Notes: a model not told the origin generated them from the letters alone. A stretch of 64,000 nucleotides of DNA from Candidatus Bathyarchaeota archaeon (GCA_963826715.1 CAWGYA010000001.1:36715-100714); one strand, 5' to 3'; counted from the first letter of the stretch, positions 19,739 through 30,917 are shown. Program-made: numbers and translations.

Positions 19739-20523
19739 TACTTACCTACAACCATCTTATACAATACTTCAACTGGAAATACATCAACATCTAACCGACT
19801 AAAGAACCTATTCACATTTGTTAAATCCCGGCGTAGCATAAAATCTGCGAGTGGATGCTGAATAGAAACCGATTGCGATACATCAAAAACGACTGGTTTT
19901 CCTTTCCACATCATGATATTATATTCACTGAGGTCGCCGTGTACAATTTTAGCTTTCTGGTGTAATCTCTTGAGGTATTTTACAATTACTTTGTAAACTT
20001 TTTCAGGGTCATTGGGGGACTGCTCCTTGAGAGATGGTGCGCTTACACCCTTCTCTCCGATGAACTCCATAACTACGACGTTACTTTTGACGGCTATAGG
20101 TTTTGGCACCCTGACCTTTGCCATGTAAGCTTCTCCTAAATTGCGAAACTCTTTTTGGGCCCAAACAGCAATCAAAGAGCGAGTGTCATGTTTAACGTCT
20201 TTGAAGCGGGGATCGCCTTCAATGTATTTGTGCATCCCCCGCTTGAATTCAGCAGAAGAGGTCAAATAAATTTTTACGGCTAAATCAGTGCCGTCTTTGG
20301 TGGTGCCCCAATAAACTCGTGCCTCCTTACCTGAACTAACAACTCCATTTAACTCGTAAATCATGCCGCTGTTCATTAAATCAAAAACCACCATGCGGGT
20401 AGCTTGGTCGAAAACCTCCTCTACAGTTGCACGTTGGTCGGATCTATTGTTAATTAGCATTTTGTCTCTGCGTTCCACGACCCTTTCGCGATGGGCTAGA
20501 CGTTCTTGGACTTTACGGGACAT
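19738..20523 (-). CDS. rio1: RIO1 family serine kinase
   Basis: SSGKEA.VY, AVKIY, WAQKEFRNL and HGDLSEYNI motifs. Confidence 0.95.
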   Translation of the reverse strand: MSRKVQERLAHRERVVERRDKMLINNRSDQRATVEEVFDQATRMVVFDLMNSGMIYELNGVVSSGKEARVYWGTTKDGTDLAVKIYLTSSAEFKRGMHKYIEGDPRFKDVKHDTRSLIAVWAQKEFRNLGEAYMAKVRVPKPIAVKSNVVVMEFIGEKGVSAPSLKEQSPNDPEKVYKVIVKYLKRLHQKAKIVHGDLSEYNIMMWKGKPVVFDVSQSVSIQHPLADFMLRRDLTNVNRFFSRLDVDVFPVEVLYKMVVGK

Positions 20524-20637
20524 AAATATTCAGGATGCTAATAGATACCGAGTATTTAAAAGCACTCAAAATAACAAGAAAAAAAATAAAATTTACCTTT
20601 GAAAAAGCTTTTAAAACGCTAATATTGAAAAGGAAGA

Positions 20638-20943
20638 TTAAATGGTTAAAAGTCCTTTTCGCCTCAAGTTTTCTGCCTGTGCATGAGTATATCGCCAAAC
20701 CACATCGCCTCTTGTGGCGGTCTGGAAATCCCAGGGAGAAACAATTACGATGTCCCCTTCACGTATCCAAACGCGCCTCTTCATTTTTCCGCGGATGCGG
20801 CAGAGTCGTTCAGCGCCGTCTTGGCATTTTACCATTATCCGATCAAAGCCCAAGAGCTTGGTAACTACGCCCAAAATTTCTCCTTGCCCAGGGTAGGTCA
20901 TCTCGCTGATTGAGCCTTCGTTTAATACTTTTTTCTTTCCCAA
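20638..20943 (-). CDS. eif1a: Translation initiation factor aIF-1A
   Basis: RLCRIRGKMKRRVWIREGD.V.V.PWDFQ. Confidence 0.96.
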   Translation of the reverse strand: MGKKKVLNEGSISEMTYPGQGEILGVVTKLLGFDRIMVKCQDGAERLCRIRGKMKRRVWIREGDIVIVSPWDFQTATRGDVVWRYTHAQAENLRRKGLLTI

Positions 20944-21153
20944 ACAGATGCCTCGGTTATCAGATTTGAAAATAATGTTTTTTCTTGCTTAAAAGCCTGT
21001 TCATTGCTAGTTTCACGTTCAACAGGATAAAAGCATTTTTAATAACCAACTTATTTTCATTCTGAAACAAACCTTAAGCGAAAGAGTCGTTGCAGCGTTC
21101 CACCCAAAGAAATCTTGATTAAATTGTAATAAATTTCCTTAATTCGAGCAAAC

Positions 21154-21828
21154 TCAACTAATAACAGTACCAACATTTTCCCCAGCAATTGCAGAAAGCA
21201 TGTTCTGTGGATCATAGCCGCTCACAATTACCGTTTTGATATGACTCCGCAATAGCATCTTTACAGCTTCAGGGTCAATGATTTGGTGGATTCCCGCCTT
21301 ATGCTCATTATACTCAAAAATCTTAGCTAACTCCTGAAAAGTTAAATGATCTAGCTTTGCAGCATTTGGGTATTTACGTGGATCTTTATTGTACACTCCA
21401 TTTTGGTCGGTGCCCTTCAAGAGCATATCTGCACCAACACGTTCAGCCACTAATGTCGCAACTGTGTCTGTTGTGATTCCAGGTCGAAGACCACCCATAA
21501 CCACGATTTTCTCTTTACTCAAACATTCTGTGGCTTCATCAAGTGACACCACAACTTTACTACATGCTGCTTCACCTAGTTTTTTGACGAATAACTGCGC
21601 AAACAACCGTGAACATGAAATCGCAACTTCATCCTGCGAAATCATATCCAACCCTAATTTCTGTGCAATATCAATAAACTCTCGAGCCAATGCGCCACCA
21701 CCTAAAACCACGGCTACTTGATGCCCCTGCTGCTTGATTGCCGCTATTGTTTGGGCATATTGACTCATTAAAACTGTGTTGATAGGGTTAGCTACAACTG
21801 ATCCCCCTATTCGAATCACGATGCGCAT
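21154..21828 (-). CDS. pyrH: Uridylate kinase
   Basis: IGGSV, GGGALAREFI, PGITTD and GVYNKDPRK motifs. Confidence 0.93.
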   Translation of the reverse strand: MRIVIRIGGSVVANPINTVLMSQYAQTIAAIKQQGHQVAVVLGGGALAREFIDIAQKLGLDMISQDEVAISCSRLFAQLFVKKLGEAACSKVVVSLDEATECLSKEKIVVMGGLRPGITTDTVATLVAERVGADMLLKGTDQNGVYNKDPRKYPNAAKLDHLTFQELAKIFEYNEHKAGIHQIIDPEAVKMLLRSHIKTVIVSGYDPQNMLSAIAGENVGTVIS

Positions 21829-22154
21829 GTCTTGATCTCCATTGTCTTGTATCTATTACTTGGGGGTTAAAAATCTTTAATATCAAATCACTTGCACACA
21901 GATGCAATAATCGCTTAACTTAATGAAAGCAACAACATTGACGGTTGGACTTTATAACTAACCATGCTCCCGGGTATGCATACTTAACTCGTTACCCATT
22001 GATAATTCTGAATTCAGCGGGTAATTTCCGTTTATTACTTTGGCGAAAAATCCATCAAACGAAGGATCACGCACTTTAGCTAAGACCCTGAGAAGAATGG
22101 AGGGAATTAGCAGCATTTTACCACATCATCTCTGAAATCAAATGCATTGGCAGC

Positions 22155-23006
22155 TTAGCTTGTCAAACGCTTCTTCATCAAATTAATACTTAAAATAAAG
22201 AAAAACAACGTCACTACAACTAGCCAAACGAAACTAAAAAGAATCAACAATTCAGGACTCAATCCTAATATAGGTTCCACACTCATCGAAACCAAGCCCC
22301 GAGTAACGTTAACTATGTGGGTTAATGGAAGTACACCCATAGCTAATGCTTGTGCACCCGTAGGAAGTGAAGTAAGAGGGAAAAAGGTACCGCTTAAAAA
22401 AAACATTGGGGTCAAAAATAGAAAAGATGGGTAATTGAAAAAATCGATGTTGGGTGCTGCTGCTGTGAAACACATAGCAATTGAACTAAACATTAAACCA
22501 CCAAAAAAAGCAATAAGCGGAACCAACAGAAATAGCGGTGAGGTAATAAGTGGATTAGCCGTAAAGCTTCCCGCGACTGCAATAACGACCAATACGATGG
22601 AAGCGTTAATAGTGGCTCTTGTTGCCCCCCAAAGAAGTTCGCCCCCAACGACTTCTTCTACGCTCACCGGGGTGGCTATAATAGCATCGAAAGTTTTCTG
22701 AAAGTACATGCGCACAAACGACCCAAAAGTACATTCAAAAAAAGAGCCATTCATGATGGCAATCGCAATCAAGGCCGGAGCGATAAAGTTGACGTAAGGT
22801 TGTCCGTTTATGTTGGGGATGAATCCGCCGAGTCCAAAACCAAACGCAACCAAATAGAGAATGGGCTCAAGCAGAGAGGGCAGAAAGTTAACTTTTATCG
22901 TTTTTAGAAAAACGTCAAGGTTCCTTCGCCAAACTTTCCATACTCGGTAGCTCAAATGTGGCATTGCGAATTTTGCGGGAGATTCACGGATACTGGTTTG
23001 GCTCAC
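22155..23006 (-). CDS. ABC-2 type exporter permease (NodJ-like)
   Basis: EPILYL..FG.GLG and PMFFLSGTFFP motifs. Confidence 0.9.
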   Translation of the reverse strand: MSQTSIRESPAKFAMPHLSYRVWKVWRRNLDVFLKTIKVNFLPSLLEPILYLVAFGFGLGGFIPNINGQPYVNFIAPALIAIAIMNGSFFECTFGSFVRMYFQKTFDAIIATPVSVEEVVGGELLWGATRATINASIVLVVIAVAGSFTANPLITSPLFLLVPLIAFFGGLMFSSIAMCFTAAAPNIDFFNYPSFLFLTPMFFLSGTFFPLTSLPTGAQALAMGVLPLTHIVNVTRGLVSMSVEPILGLSPELLILFSFVWLVVVTLFFFILSINLMKKRLTS

Positions 23007-23938
23007 TCTTCCCTCAGCCCGCGTCCTGTTAATTTAAGAAATACATCTTCTAGGTTGGCGCTACGAATCGATACATTCTGTAGCTGATGATCTGCAATGA
23101 ATGCTTCGAAGACTCCATGAGGCTTGTCTGTAAAGATTTGCATGCGATCACCGAAATGTTCGATGCGTACATCGGAGAGAGTTTCCTTGAGAAGCGGTAC
23201 AAGCGATTCGTCGTAGTCTATCTCTAAAACTTCCTGCCCGACGTGCTTGCGGATAAGCTCAGTTGGGGTACCTTCCTCAATGATTTTGCCACGGTCGACA
23301 ATTAAGATACGATCACAAAGGATTTGAGCTTCATCCATGTAATGGGTTGTTAAAATTATTGTGACTTGCTGTTTTTTTAAATGCCTCACTTCATCCCAAA
23401 CCAGATGCCGTGCCTGCGGGTCCAACCCAGTGGTAGGTTCATCGAGTAGTAGAATCTGCGGTTTATTGATCAGCGCACGAGCAAAAATCAGTCTACGTTT
23501 CATCCCCGTGGAAAGAGCCATAATGGAAACTTCCCTTTTTTCATCAAGCTGGAAAAACTTGAGTAGCTCATCTGCTCGCTTCTCAGCTTCCTCTTTTTGT
23601 ATGTCAAAGTATCTAGCATATACAGTGAGGTTTTTTATGACTGAGAAATCTGGATCTAAATTATCCTCTTGTGGTGCGACACCGACCAATTCTTTAATTT
23701 CTCGGCAATTACTGTGCACACTTTTACCTGCAAGCTTGAGGTCACCAGATGTTGGCAGCAAAAAACAATACATCATGCGTACAGTGGTGGTCTTGCCTGC
23801 ACCATTTGGACCAAGAAAACCAACACATTCACCTCGATAAACTTGGAAGTCAATGTGATTGACAGCTGTAAAATCGTCGAATTCCTTAGTTAATGCTCTA
23901 GCTTCAATAAGCACCTCTCTACTTGCCATAAAGGTCAC
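23003..23938 (-). CDS. ABC exporter ATP-binding protein (NodI/DrrA-like)
   Basis: GPNGAGKTT, LSTGMKRR, LDEPTTGLDP and TTHYMDEA motifs. Confidence 0.93.
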   Translation of the reverse strand: MTFMASREVLIEARALTKEFDDFTAVNHIDFQVYRGECVGFLGPNGAGKTTTVRMMYCFLLPTSGDLKLAGKSVHSNCREIKELVGVAPQEDNLDPDFSVIKNLTVYARYFDIQKEEAEKRADELLKFFQLDEKREVSIMALSTGMKRRLIFARALINKPQILLLDEPTTGLDPQARHLVWDEVRHLKKQQVTIILTTHYMDEAQILCDRILIVDRGKIIEEGTPTELIRKHVGQEVLEIDYDESLVPLLKETLSDVRIEHFGDRMQIFTDKPHGVFEAFIADHQLQNVSIRSANLEDVFLKLTGRGLREE

Positions 23939-24156
23939 ATATCAAATTCAATTGGTGAACTTAAAATTATCTAATCAATGTATGACCAAAGGTTTCGCAT
24001 TAACTTTTAACTTACAATGCGCCCATGTAAGTCCTCGAATAAAATCAGTGAATTCAAGCATAATTTTATGCATTTATTTGGCGGGACATTAACCGAACAT
24101 TTAATTAAAAAGTTTAAAGGCTTTTTTGTTCTTTGTTTTATCTGGCGATTAATATC

Positions 24157-26531
24157 TTGAAAGTTGTTTTTTGGCTTTTAGACATTAACTCTAAAATCGA
24201 TAAGGACAAGAATACGATTGAGTTGTGGCTGTGGGGAATCAATGAGGCGGGTGAGAGAATATTACTTGTAGAACGCGACTTCACCGCATACATCTATGCT
24301 ATCTTGACAGAGAACGCGAATTGCCAAAAAATTTTAGATACTATCTGTAGGATTTATGGCACAGCTATATCTAAGACAGAGGTTGTCTCCCGTAGATTTT
24401 TCGGGAAGCCATACACATCCATCAAGATCAGTTACAAAAATGCAATTTCCCCAGAGAAGATCGCCAAAAAACTTCGTAGCATCGAAGGCATTAAAGATTG
24501 CCTTGAAAATGATATTCGCGCCGCAATGCGCTACCTCATCGATAATGACGTGGTTCCTTGTAGCTGGATTGAAGTCAATGTACTGGAAGAAAAATTAGCC
24601 AAGGGTATAAGGGTTGCCAAAGTTTACACAATCAAATCGCCCCTCAAACAGCTTGAAAGATCTGAAGTGCCGGCACTTAGGATTCTGAGTTTCAATTTAA
24701 TTTGTTACAGTCACAATGGCGCGCCCAAAGCTGATCTTGATCCGATCTTGATGATTTCTACTTCCACCAACATCGGGGAAGAACACCAATTCATACTGGG
24801 CGAAGACAAAAACGATAAAATAATAATCGAAGAATTCATCAATTACATAAAAAGTTTTGATCCAGATGTCATCGCCAGCTATGGTGCCAACAGTTTAGAC
24901 TGGGCTTACCTACGAACTCGAAGCCATAAAAATGGCATTAAAATGATTTTTGATCGTATAGGCATCGAGCCTCATAGCAGCTTTTATGGGCACGTTTCCG
25001 CCACTGGTCTAATCAATTTAGATTTGGCGGATTTTATGGATGTTTTTCCGGAAATCAAAGTACACAATCTCAGAAACTTTGCTGAGCATTTGGACGTTTT
25101 GAAGGAGAGCCGAAGCTTCATTGAAGAGATGGATTTTGCAAATTATTGGGACGACTACGGTAAACGCTACGAGCTTGTTAAGTTTGGATCTGATAGCGCC
25201 TGTAAAGTAAACAGTTTAACAGTTTTACTGTTGGATTTTGCTATGCAACTCTCGATATTAACGAGTCTTCCACTGGATTATGTAATGACAGCAGCTCCGG
25301 GCTTTCGAATAGAGTGGTATCTTATCAAGCGGGCGATGAAGATAGGTGAGCTTATACCGAAGCGAGTTAATCATCCCTATGTGCCTTACGCAGGCGGATT
25401 AGTTCTCTCACCTAAACCAGGCTTACATGAAAACATCGGAGTCCTAGACTTCAAGTCAATGTACCCTAACATTATGCTAAAGTACAACCTTTCGCCTGAC
25501 TCCTACATTGCACCCAACCAGACCATACCTCCCGGTGGTGTTTACATTGCGCCTGAAGTAGGGCATTGCTTTCGTAAATCCCCTCCCGGATTCTACAAAG
25601 AAGCCCTAACAAATTTAATCAAGGTTCGAAACGTCATACGCCAAAAAATAAATACACTAAATCCACAAACAATTGAATATCACGTTTTGGAAGCACGACA
25701 AAAAGCTGTTAAAATCATGACCAATGCCGCCTACGGATACTCGGGATGGGTTGGTGCAAGATGGTACCTTAAACCCGTAGCTGAAGCTGCCTCAGCATGG
25801 GGGAGACATATCATTACCTTAGCAGCGCAGATGGCGAAGAAAGCGGGCTTAGATGTTATATACGGAGACACAGACAGCCTATTCATCCAATTCGATGAAA
25901 GCAAAGTGGAAAAGCTGCGGCATGAAATCGAGAGTAAGTTTAAGATGGAAGTAGAAGTTGACGAGACCTATCGACGAATCTTCTTCACTGAAGCAAAAAA
26001 ACGCTATGCAGGTCTACGACAAAATGATACTTTAGACATCGTTGGTTTGGAGGTTATCCGTGGTGATTGGGCAATGGTGGCAAAGCAGGTTCAAGAAAAT
26101 GTACTGAAGATTATCCTAAAGGAAAAGTCGCCCAAAAAAGCAGAGGAGTATGTTAATAAAGTGATAACTGTTTGCGTAACAGAAAAGTTCCTTTGAGTGA
26201 CTTAATCATCTGGAAAACACTTACTAAGCCTCCTGAGAAATATGCCATCAACACACCTCATGTTGAAGCTGCGAAGATGCTCAGGAAACGGGGCTGGCGT
26301 CTTACAAGTGGTGATAAAGTCGGCTACATTATAGTAGCGGGTAAAGGGAATCTCTTTAACAAAGTAAAACCCTATGTCTTTGCTAAACCAGAAGATGTAG
26401 ATGTAGAATATTACGTTACTAATCAGGTGTTACCTGCTGCTACGAGAATACTTGGTTATTTTAACATAACCAAGAAAGAATTATTGAAAAAAGAAACTAA
26501 TGAAATCCGCAACCTAATGGATTACCTTTAG
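24157..26531 (+). pseudogene. polB3: Family B DNA polymerase (PolB3-type), split by a frameshift near 26170 (real or assembly error)
   Basis: DFKSMYP, K...N..YGY, YGDTDS and KKRYAG in ORF 24133-26196; thumb (LIIWKTL, PHVEAA, YYVTNQVLPA) in overlapping ORF 26172-26531; start at TTG 24157 (MKVVFWLLD). Confidence 0.85.
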
Positions 26532-27715
26532 GCTGGGATAGCATTTTGGAACGTAATAAGTTCCACGTTTAACGCAGGTTTTACAGCTTCTGAAACTCGT
26601 GATGCAACAATGCGGCGGATGTTTTTGTCTCCTGCGATGTCTACAATCCGCTGGGTAATGATGCCGTCAAAAACCACGGTATTAACCCCAGTCATATGCT
26701 GAAGTTTCTCAGCTAACTGGCTAACTGGCAAACGCTCAATTAATTCCAGCTTATCGTTTAAAAGCACACCTTCAAGAGTACCAACCAAGGCTTTTGCAGC
26801 TTGAACGATAGTATCAGGAACTTCGATTTTTGGTCGCTCAGGAACAATGACTTTCTTTTGAACAGGAACAGGTGTTGGAGGCGGCTGCTGTTTCCCAGAT
26901 AATTCATTAACTGGGATCCTATTTTCAAGAGCTTCGTTTATTTCTTTGCAGTTACATTCCTCGATTTCTTTTCCGCGTGGAGCGCGCCCAATGAATTTGA
27001 CGTTTGTGACTTGCAAAAGTTCCTTCTGAATCAAGTCTCCACCCCTATCCCCATCGAGAAGCGCTGTAGCCATACGTTCTTTGGTAATTTTTCGTATAGA
27101 ATCAGGAACCTTGGCGCCTTCTAGCGCGACAGTGTTGAAGAGTCCACAACGCATCAAGTTGATGACGTCAGCGCGACCTTCGACAACGATGATTTCTTTG
27201 GCTCCTTCTAAACCAGGTCCTGCGGGCAAGTCTTCAGGTCCATATTTTTCTACTTTACCCACTTTCATAGTATCGCTGATTTCTTTGTAAACTTCATCAA
27301 CGCTAGGCATTGATTCTATATTCCATCGATGCAAGATTTCTTTGGCACGATCGATAATTACTTTGCGGCGGGCTTCTCGAATATCTTCGATGCGCTCTAG
27401 GGTGACTTTGGCACTGCATGGACCAACTCGATTTATGCTTTCAACACTTGCTGCTATCAGGGCTGTTGAGACACGGTCTAAACTAGTAGGAATAGTAATG
27501 GAACCGTTTGTGCGGTCGTTTTTAGAATGTAAGTCTATTTCTATTCTGCCGATACGCCCAGTTTTTTGCAGTTCTCGTAAATCGAGCTCAGGACCAAAAA
27601 GTCCTTCTGTTTGCCCGAAAACTGCTCCAATAACATCGGGTTTTTCAACTATTCCTTCAATTTCAAATCGAGCGTGTACAACGTACTTAATCGTAAAGGT
27701 TTGGGATGTTCCCGT
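26528..27715 (-). CDS. dnaG: Archaeal DnaG-type primase / exosome-associated protein
   Basis: TOPRIM VVEGRADV and DGDRGG; the frame stays open upstream of the track start through the conserved N-terminus (KY...F..EG.VEKPDVIGAVFGQTEGL.G.ELDLRELQKTGRIGRI); only plausible start is ACG 27715. Confidence 0.92.
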   Translation of the reverse strand, partial: TGTSQTFTIKYVVHARFEIEGIVEKPDVIGAVFGQTEGLFGPELDLRELQKTGRIGRIEIDLHSKNDRTNGSITIPTSLDRVSTALIAASVESINRVGPCSAKVTLERIEDIREARRKVIIDRAKEILHRWNIESMPSVDEVYKEISDTMKVGKVEKYGPEDLPAGPGLEGAKEIIVVEGRADVINLMRCGLFNTVALEGAKVPDSIRKITKERMATALLDGDRGGDLIQKELLQVTNVKFIGRAPRGKEIEECNCKEINEALENRIPVNELSGKQQPPPTPVPVQKKVIVPERPKIEVPDTIVQAAKALVGTLEGVLLNDKLELIERLPVSQLAEKLQHMTGVNTVVFDGIITQRIVDIAGDKNIRRIVASRVSEAVKPALNVELITFQNAIPA

Positions 27716-28120
27716 AAATGTGCAACTCCTGGTAAATTTATATTTATTTGATTATGTTAATCACATTATGCGAATTTTTTCGCAAAGATGAGATTTAATT
27801 CTATTCCGATTAAGAATTTAGGTGCATGCCATCTAATATAACTTGCTGTCTATTGCAAGGTATAACGCAATTGATTCATTTTTCCCTTTTTCCTTTGTTT
27901 GACTGCTGGGTTATTGGTTTTGCCTAAATCTAAAAAGCAATATAGGATAAAACTGGATTATAGTTAAGTAGCTCCGACTGATGTTGTTTCAAAACTGAAT
28001 AAATTTATCCAAAATTATTTATTTTTTCAATAATACTAATGTGTCTGGCAACTCGAAGATAATTCGTTATCTACCCTTGAGCTTAAATAATAATTCGTAC
28101 AGAAAGAAAGATGAAACCAA

Positions 28121-28933
28121 ATGAGCTTGCGTCTGAATCCAATCTATGATAAATTGTTACCTCGAATGTCAGAAGAAGAATTTGAGGAACTTAAAAAATC
28201 TATAGAAACAGAAGGGCAACATTACCCAATTATTGTAAACGAGGACCTAGAGGTACTCGATGGACATCACCGATTTCGAGCCTGCCAAGAGCTAGGACTC
28301 GAACCTGACGTTGAAGTCAAACGTTTCGAGGACAAACTACTGGAAAAAAAATTTGTCATAGAAGCTAACTTACGACGACGGCATTTAAACAATTTCCAGT
28401 TGGTTGAGCTTGCGGTACCTCTTCTAGAAATTGAAAAAACGCTTGCAAAACAGCGACAGTCATTGGGTGGTAAAAATGGTCGAAACACCCAGTTGGGGTT
28501 AGTGCCAGATGACGCTGAGCCTGAACATGAATCTACTTTTAAAGCCAAAGCAGCTGAGGTGGTAGCGAAAAAGGCTGGACTTTCGACGCGGACCTTTGAA
28601 CGAGGCAAAAAAATCGTTGAAGAAGGTAGCGAAGATGACAAACAGAAGCTTCGACAGGGCAAAGTCAGCATAAGCAAAGTTTACCAAGAACTTATTGACG
28701 AAAACAAACCCCGTAAACCAGAAGAAATAGGAGCAACTATACAGCCCACCGAACGGGAACTTCAAAATAAGGCGTCTTTACTTGCGCTTTTGGAGCGTTT
28801 CCAAAAAGAGGAAATATTTTGCCCTGAGTGCTATGCGAAGATTTTCGAATGCAGTAAATGCCATAAGAGTTTTCGAGCACTGCTGAAAGGCTTAGGAGAG
28901 AAAAAGGAATTAAGCAGTGAATTAGACATTTAA
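28121..28933 (+). CDS. ParB N-terminal domain protein with HTH and C-terminal Zn ribbon
   Basis: PIIVN....VLDGHHRFRAC, EANL.RRHL and CPEC...CSKC motifs. Confidence 0.85.
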   Translation: MSLRLNPIYDKLLPRMSEEEFEELKKSIETEGQHYPIIVNEDLEVLDGHHRFRACQELGLEPDVEVKRFEDKLLEKKFVIEANLRRRHLNNFQLVELAVPLLEIEKTLAKQRQSLGGKNGRNTQLGLVPDDAEPEHESTFKAKAAEVVAKKAGLSTRTFERGKKIVEEGSEDDKQKLRQGKVSISKVYQELIDENKPRKPEEIGATIQPTERELQNKASLLALLERFQKEEIFCPECYAKIFECSKCHKSFRALLKGLGEKKELSSELDI

Positions 28934-29005
28934 AAAATAGGAACACCCAGTTTTGTGAATTTTTCGTGATAAACGATATGAACAGCGCTCACAATTAAAG
29001 TTTCA

Positions 29006-29197
29006 ATGAAAGCAATTATAGACGCTCCTAAATGCCTTAGCTGTAATCACTGCAAAGTCGCCAAAGCTTGTCCTGTCAAAGCGGTTTTCCGTATTAGCAG
29101 CGACGAACCGGCAATCATCGATATAAAACTCTGTCACGGTTGCGGACTATGTACCGCTGCATGCCCAACAAACGCTGTGACCCTTAAAGAGGGTTAA
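29006..29197 (+). CDS. 2x[4Fe-4S] ferredoxin
   Basis: CLSCNHC...ACP and CHGCGLCTAACP. Confidence 0.9.
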   Translation: MKAIIDAPKCLSCNHCKVAKACPVKAVFRISSDEPAIIDIKLCHGCGLCTAACPTNAVTLKEG

Positions 29198-29215
29198 CTT
29201 AGTGCTCAATTATTA

Positions 29216-29434
29216 TCAAATTAACCGCTGCTCTGCTTTGCGTAAGTTTTCAACTATCGTTGAATCTATCAAATTTAGCCTTTTTGCAAGTGCCTCAGTG
29301 TTTACTTTTCGTGGAATATCATAATAACCCCGTGTATAAGCGGCAAGTAAAACCTCACGTTGTTTCTCGGTCAGCAAGTTAATTGGCGACATAATGGAAA
29401 AGCTGGCATCTATTTCTTCATTTTGATTTATCAA
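29216..29434 (-). pseudogene. Fragment of an HTH_10 (bacterio-opsin activator-type) regulator
   Basis: LTEKQREVL.AAY..GYYDIPRK...LA..L....ST..E.LRKAE only; N-terminal sensor domain absent. Confidence 0.65.
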
Positions 29435-29690
29435 ATTAAGTTAAACAAAATTAGATAAGTCAAACAAAAAACTTATAGTTAAATTGAATATTTTGTGAAA
29501 AAACAGATAATATGTTTCGCACAACAAATTTGATCAAGGCGTTTTTTAGTAGGATCTGTCGAATTATTAGGTTTTCATCGCTTTTGAATTCACGGAAATC
29601 TATTTTCAAGTACCGTTAGATTAATAAAAAATTGTATTGAAGCGCAAATGATATAGCTGAACAAGCAACAACAATACTAAGTGAAAAGTC

Positions 29691-30914
29691 ATGCCAGAGT
29701 CATATTCACGTTTACTAGGAATTGTTGGAAAACCCAACACAGGTAAATCCACGTTTTTTAGCGCTGCCACCTTAGCCTCAGCAGAAATCGCAAACTACCC
29801 ATTCACAACCATCAAACCTAACCATGGAGTTGGCTATATCCGAACCCCATGCGTCCATAACGAATTTAAGGTCAAGGACGAACCCAAAAACAGCTTGTGC
29901 GTAGATAGTATACGCCTTGTCCCTGTTGAGCTTATAGACATCGCAGGTATAGTTCCCGGTGCATGGGAGGGGCGTGGACTTGGCAACCAGTTTCTCGACG
30001 AAATTCGAAGAGCCGATGCATTAGTCCACATAGTTGATGCTTCAGGTGGAACTGACTGTGAAGGAAAAAGCTGCAAAATAGGAGAACATGATCCCGTAGA
30101 GGATGTGAAGTTTCTAGAAAGGGAAATCACAATGTGGATGGTAACGATCCTTAAGAAAGATTGGTCTCGAATCGCTCGAACCGCTGAGCAAGATAAAAAA
30201 GGAATCACTCACCACCTTGAAGACCGACTCTCTGGACTTAGTATCCGTAAAACCTACGTTAACGAAGCCATCCGTAAAGCAGGCTTAAATATAGAAAAAC
30301 CCGCCACTTGGAATGATGAAGAATTCTATAGTTTCGTTGATAATCTGAGGAAGATTTCAAAACCTCTGCTGATCGTGGCAAACAAGATTGACTTACCCAA
30401 CGCACAGGCCAATGTGGAACGTCTTAAGTCGCTTGGGCACATTGTTATTCCAGTCAGCGCTGAAGCTGAACTTGTACTTAGACGAGCCGCAGAAAGAGGA
30501 TTAATTGACTACAAATCTGGCGATAGTGACTTTAAAATTCTACAGCCTGAAAAGCTTTCGTCCGGGCAGATTCAAGCTCTTGAGCAAGTCAAAGAGAAAA
30601 TCTTGAAGCTCAACGGCTCCACAGGAGTGCAACAAGCTCTTAACACAGCCTACTTTGAACTATTGGACATGATTGTGGTATATCCCGTAGAAGATCTGGA
30701 ACATCTTTCTGATCATAACGGACGGGTTCTTCCCGACAGTTATCTCGTGCCCAAAGGTACCACTGCCCATCAATTCGCATACGTAATTCACTCGGAATTG
30801 GGTGACAATTTCCTCTATGCCATAGATGCACGGGATAAGAGACGTATCGGAGAAGATGCAGTACTCAAAGACAGCGACGTTATCTCTATTGTCAGCAGTA
30901 AAAAACGTTCTTAG
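29691..30914 (+). CDS. ychF: Obg-family ATPase YchF
   Basis: GKPNTGKST, YPFTT, DIAG, NKID motifs and C-terminal TGS domain. Confidence 0.94.
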   Translation: MPESYSRLLGIVGKPNTGKSTFFSAATLASAEIANYPFTTIKPNHGVGYIRTPCVHNEFKVKDEPKNSLCVDSIRLVPVELIDIAGIVPGAWEGRGLGNQFLDEIRRADALVHIVDASGGTDCEGKSCKIGEHDPVEDVKFLEREITMWMVTILKKDWSRIARTAEQDKKGITHHLEDRLSGLSIRKTYVNEAIRKAGLNIEKPATWNDEEFYSFVDNLRKISKPLLIVANKIDLPNAQANVERLKSLGHIVIPVSAEAELVLRRAAERGLIDYKSGDSDFKILQPEKLSSGQIQALEQVKEKILKLNGSTGVQQALNTAYFELLDMIVVYPVEDLEHLSDHNGRVLPDSYLVPKGTTAHQFAYVIHSELGDNFLYAIDARDKRRIGEDAVLKDSDVISIVSSKKRS

Positions 30915-30917
30915 GTT

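Noticed and set aside
21958-22120. Roughly 52-aa minus-strand ORF between pyrH and the ABC permease
   Set aside because: No motif or clear promoter/RBS; cannot be supported
26160-26200. Programmed ribosomal frameshift or intein in PolB3
   Set aside because: No X-XXY-YYZ slippery site or intein motifs; a simple indel explains it
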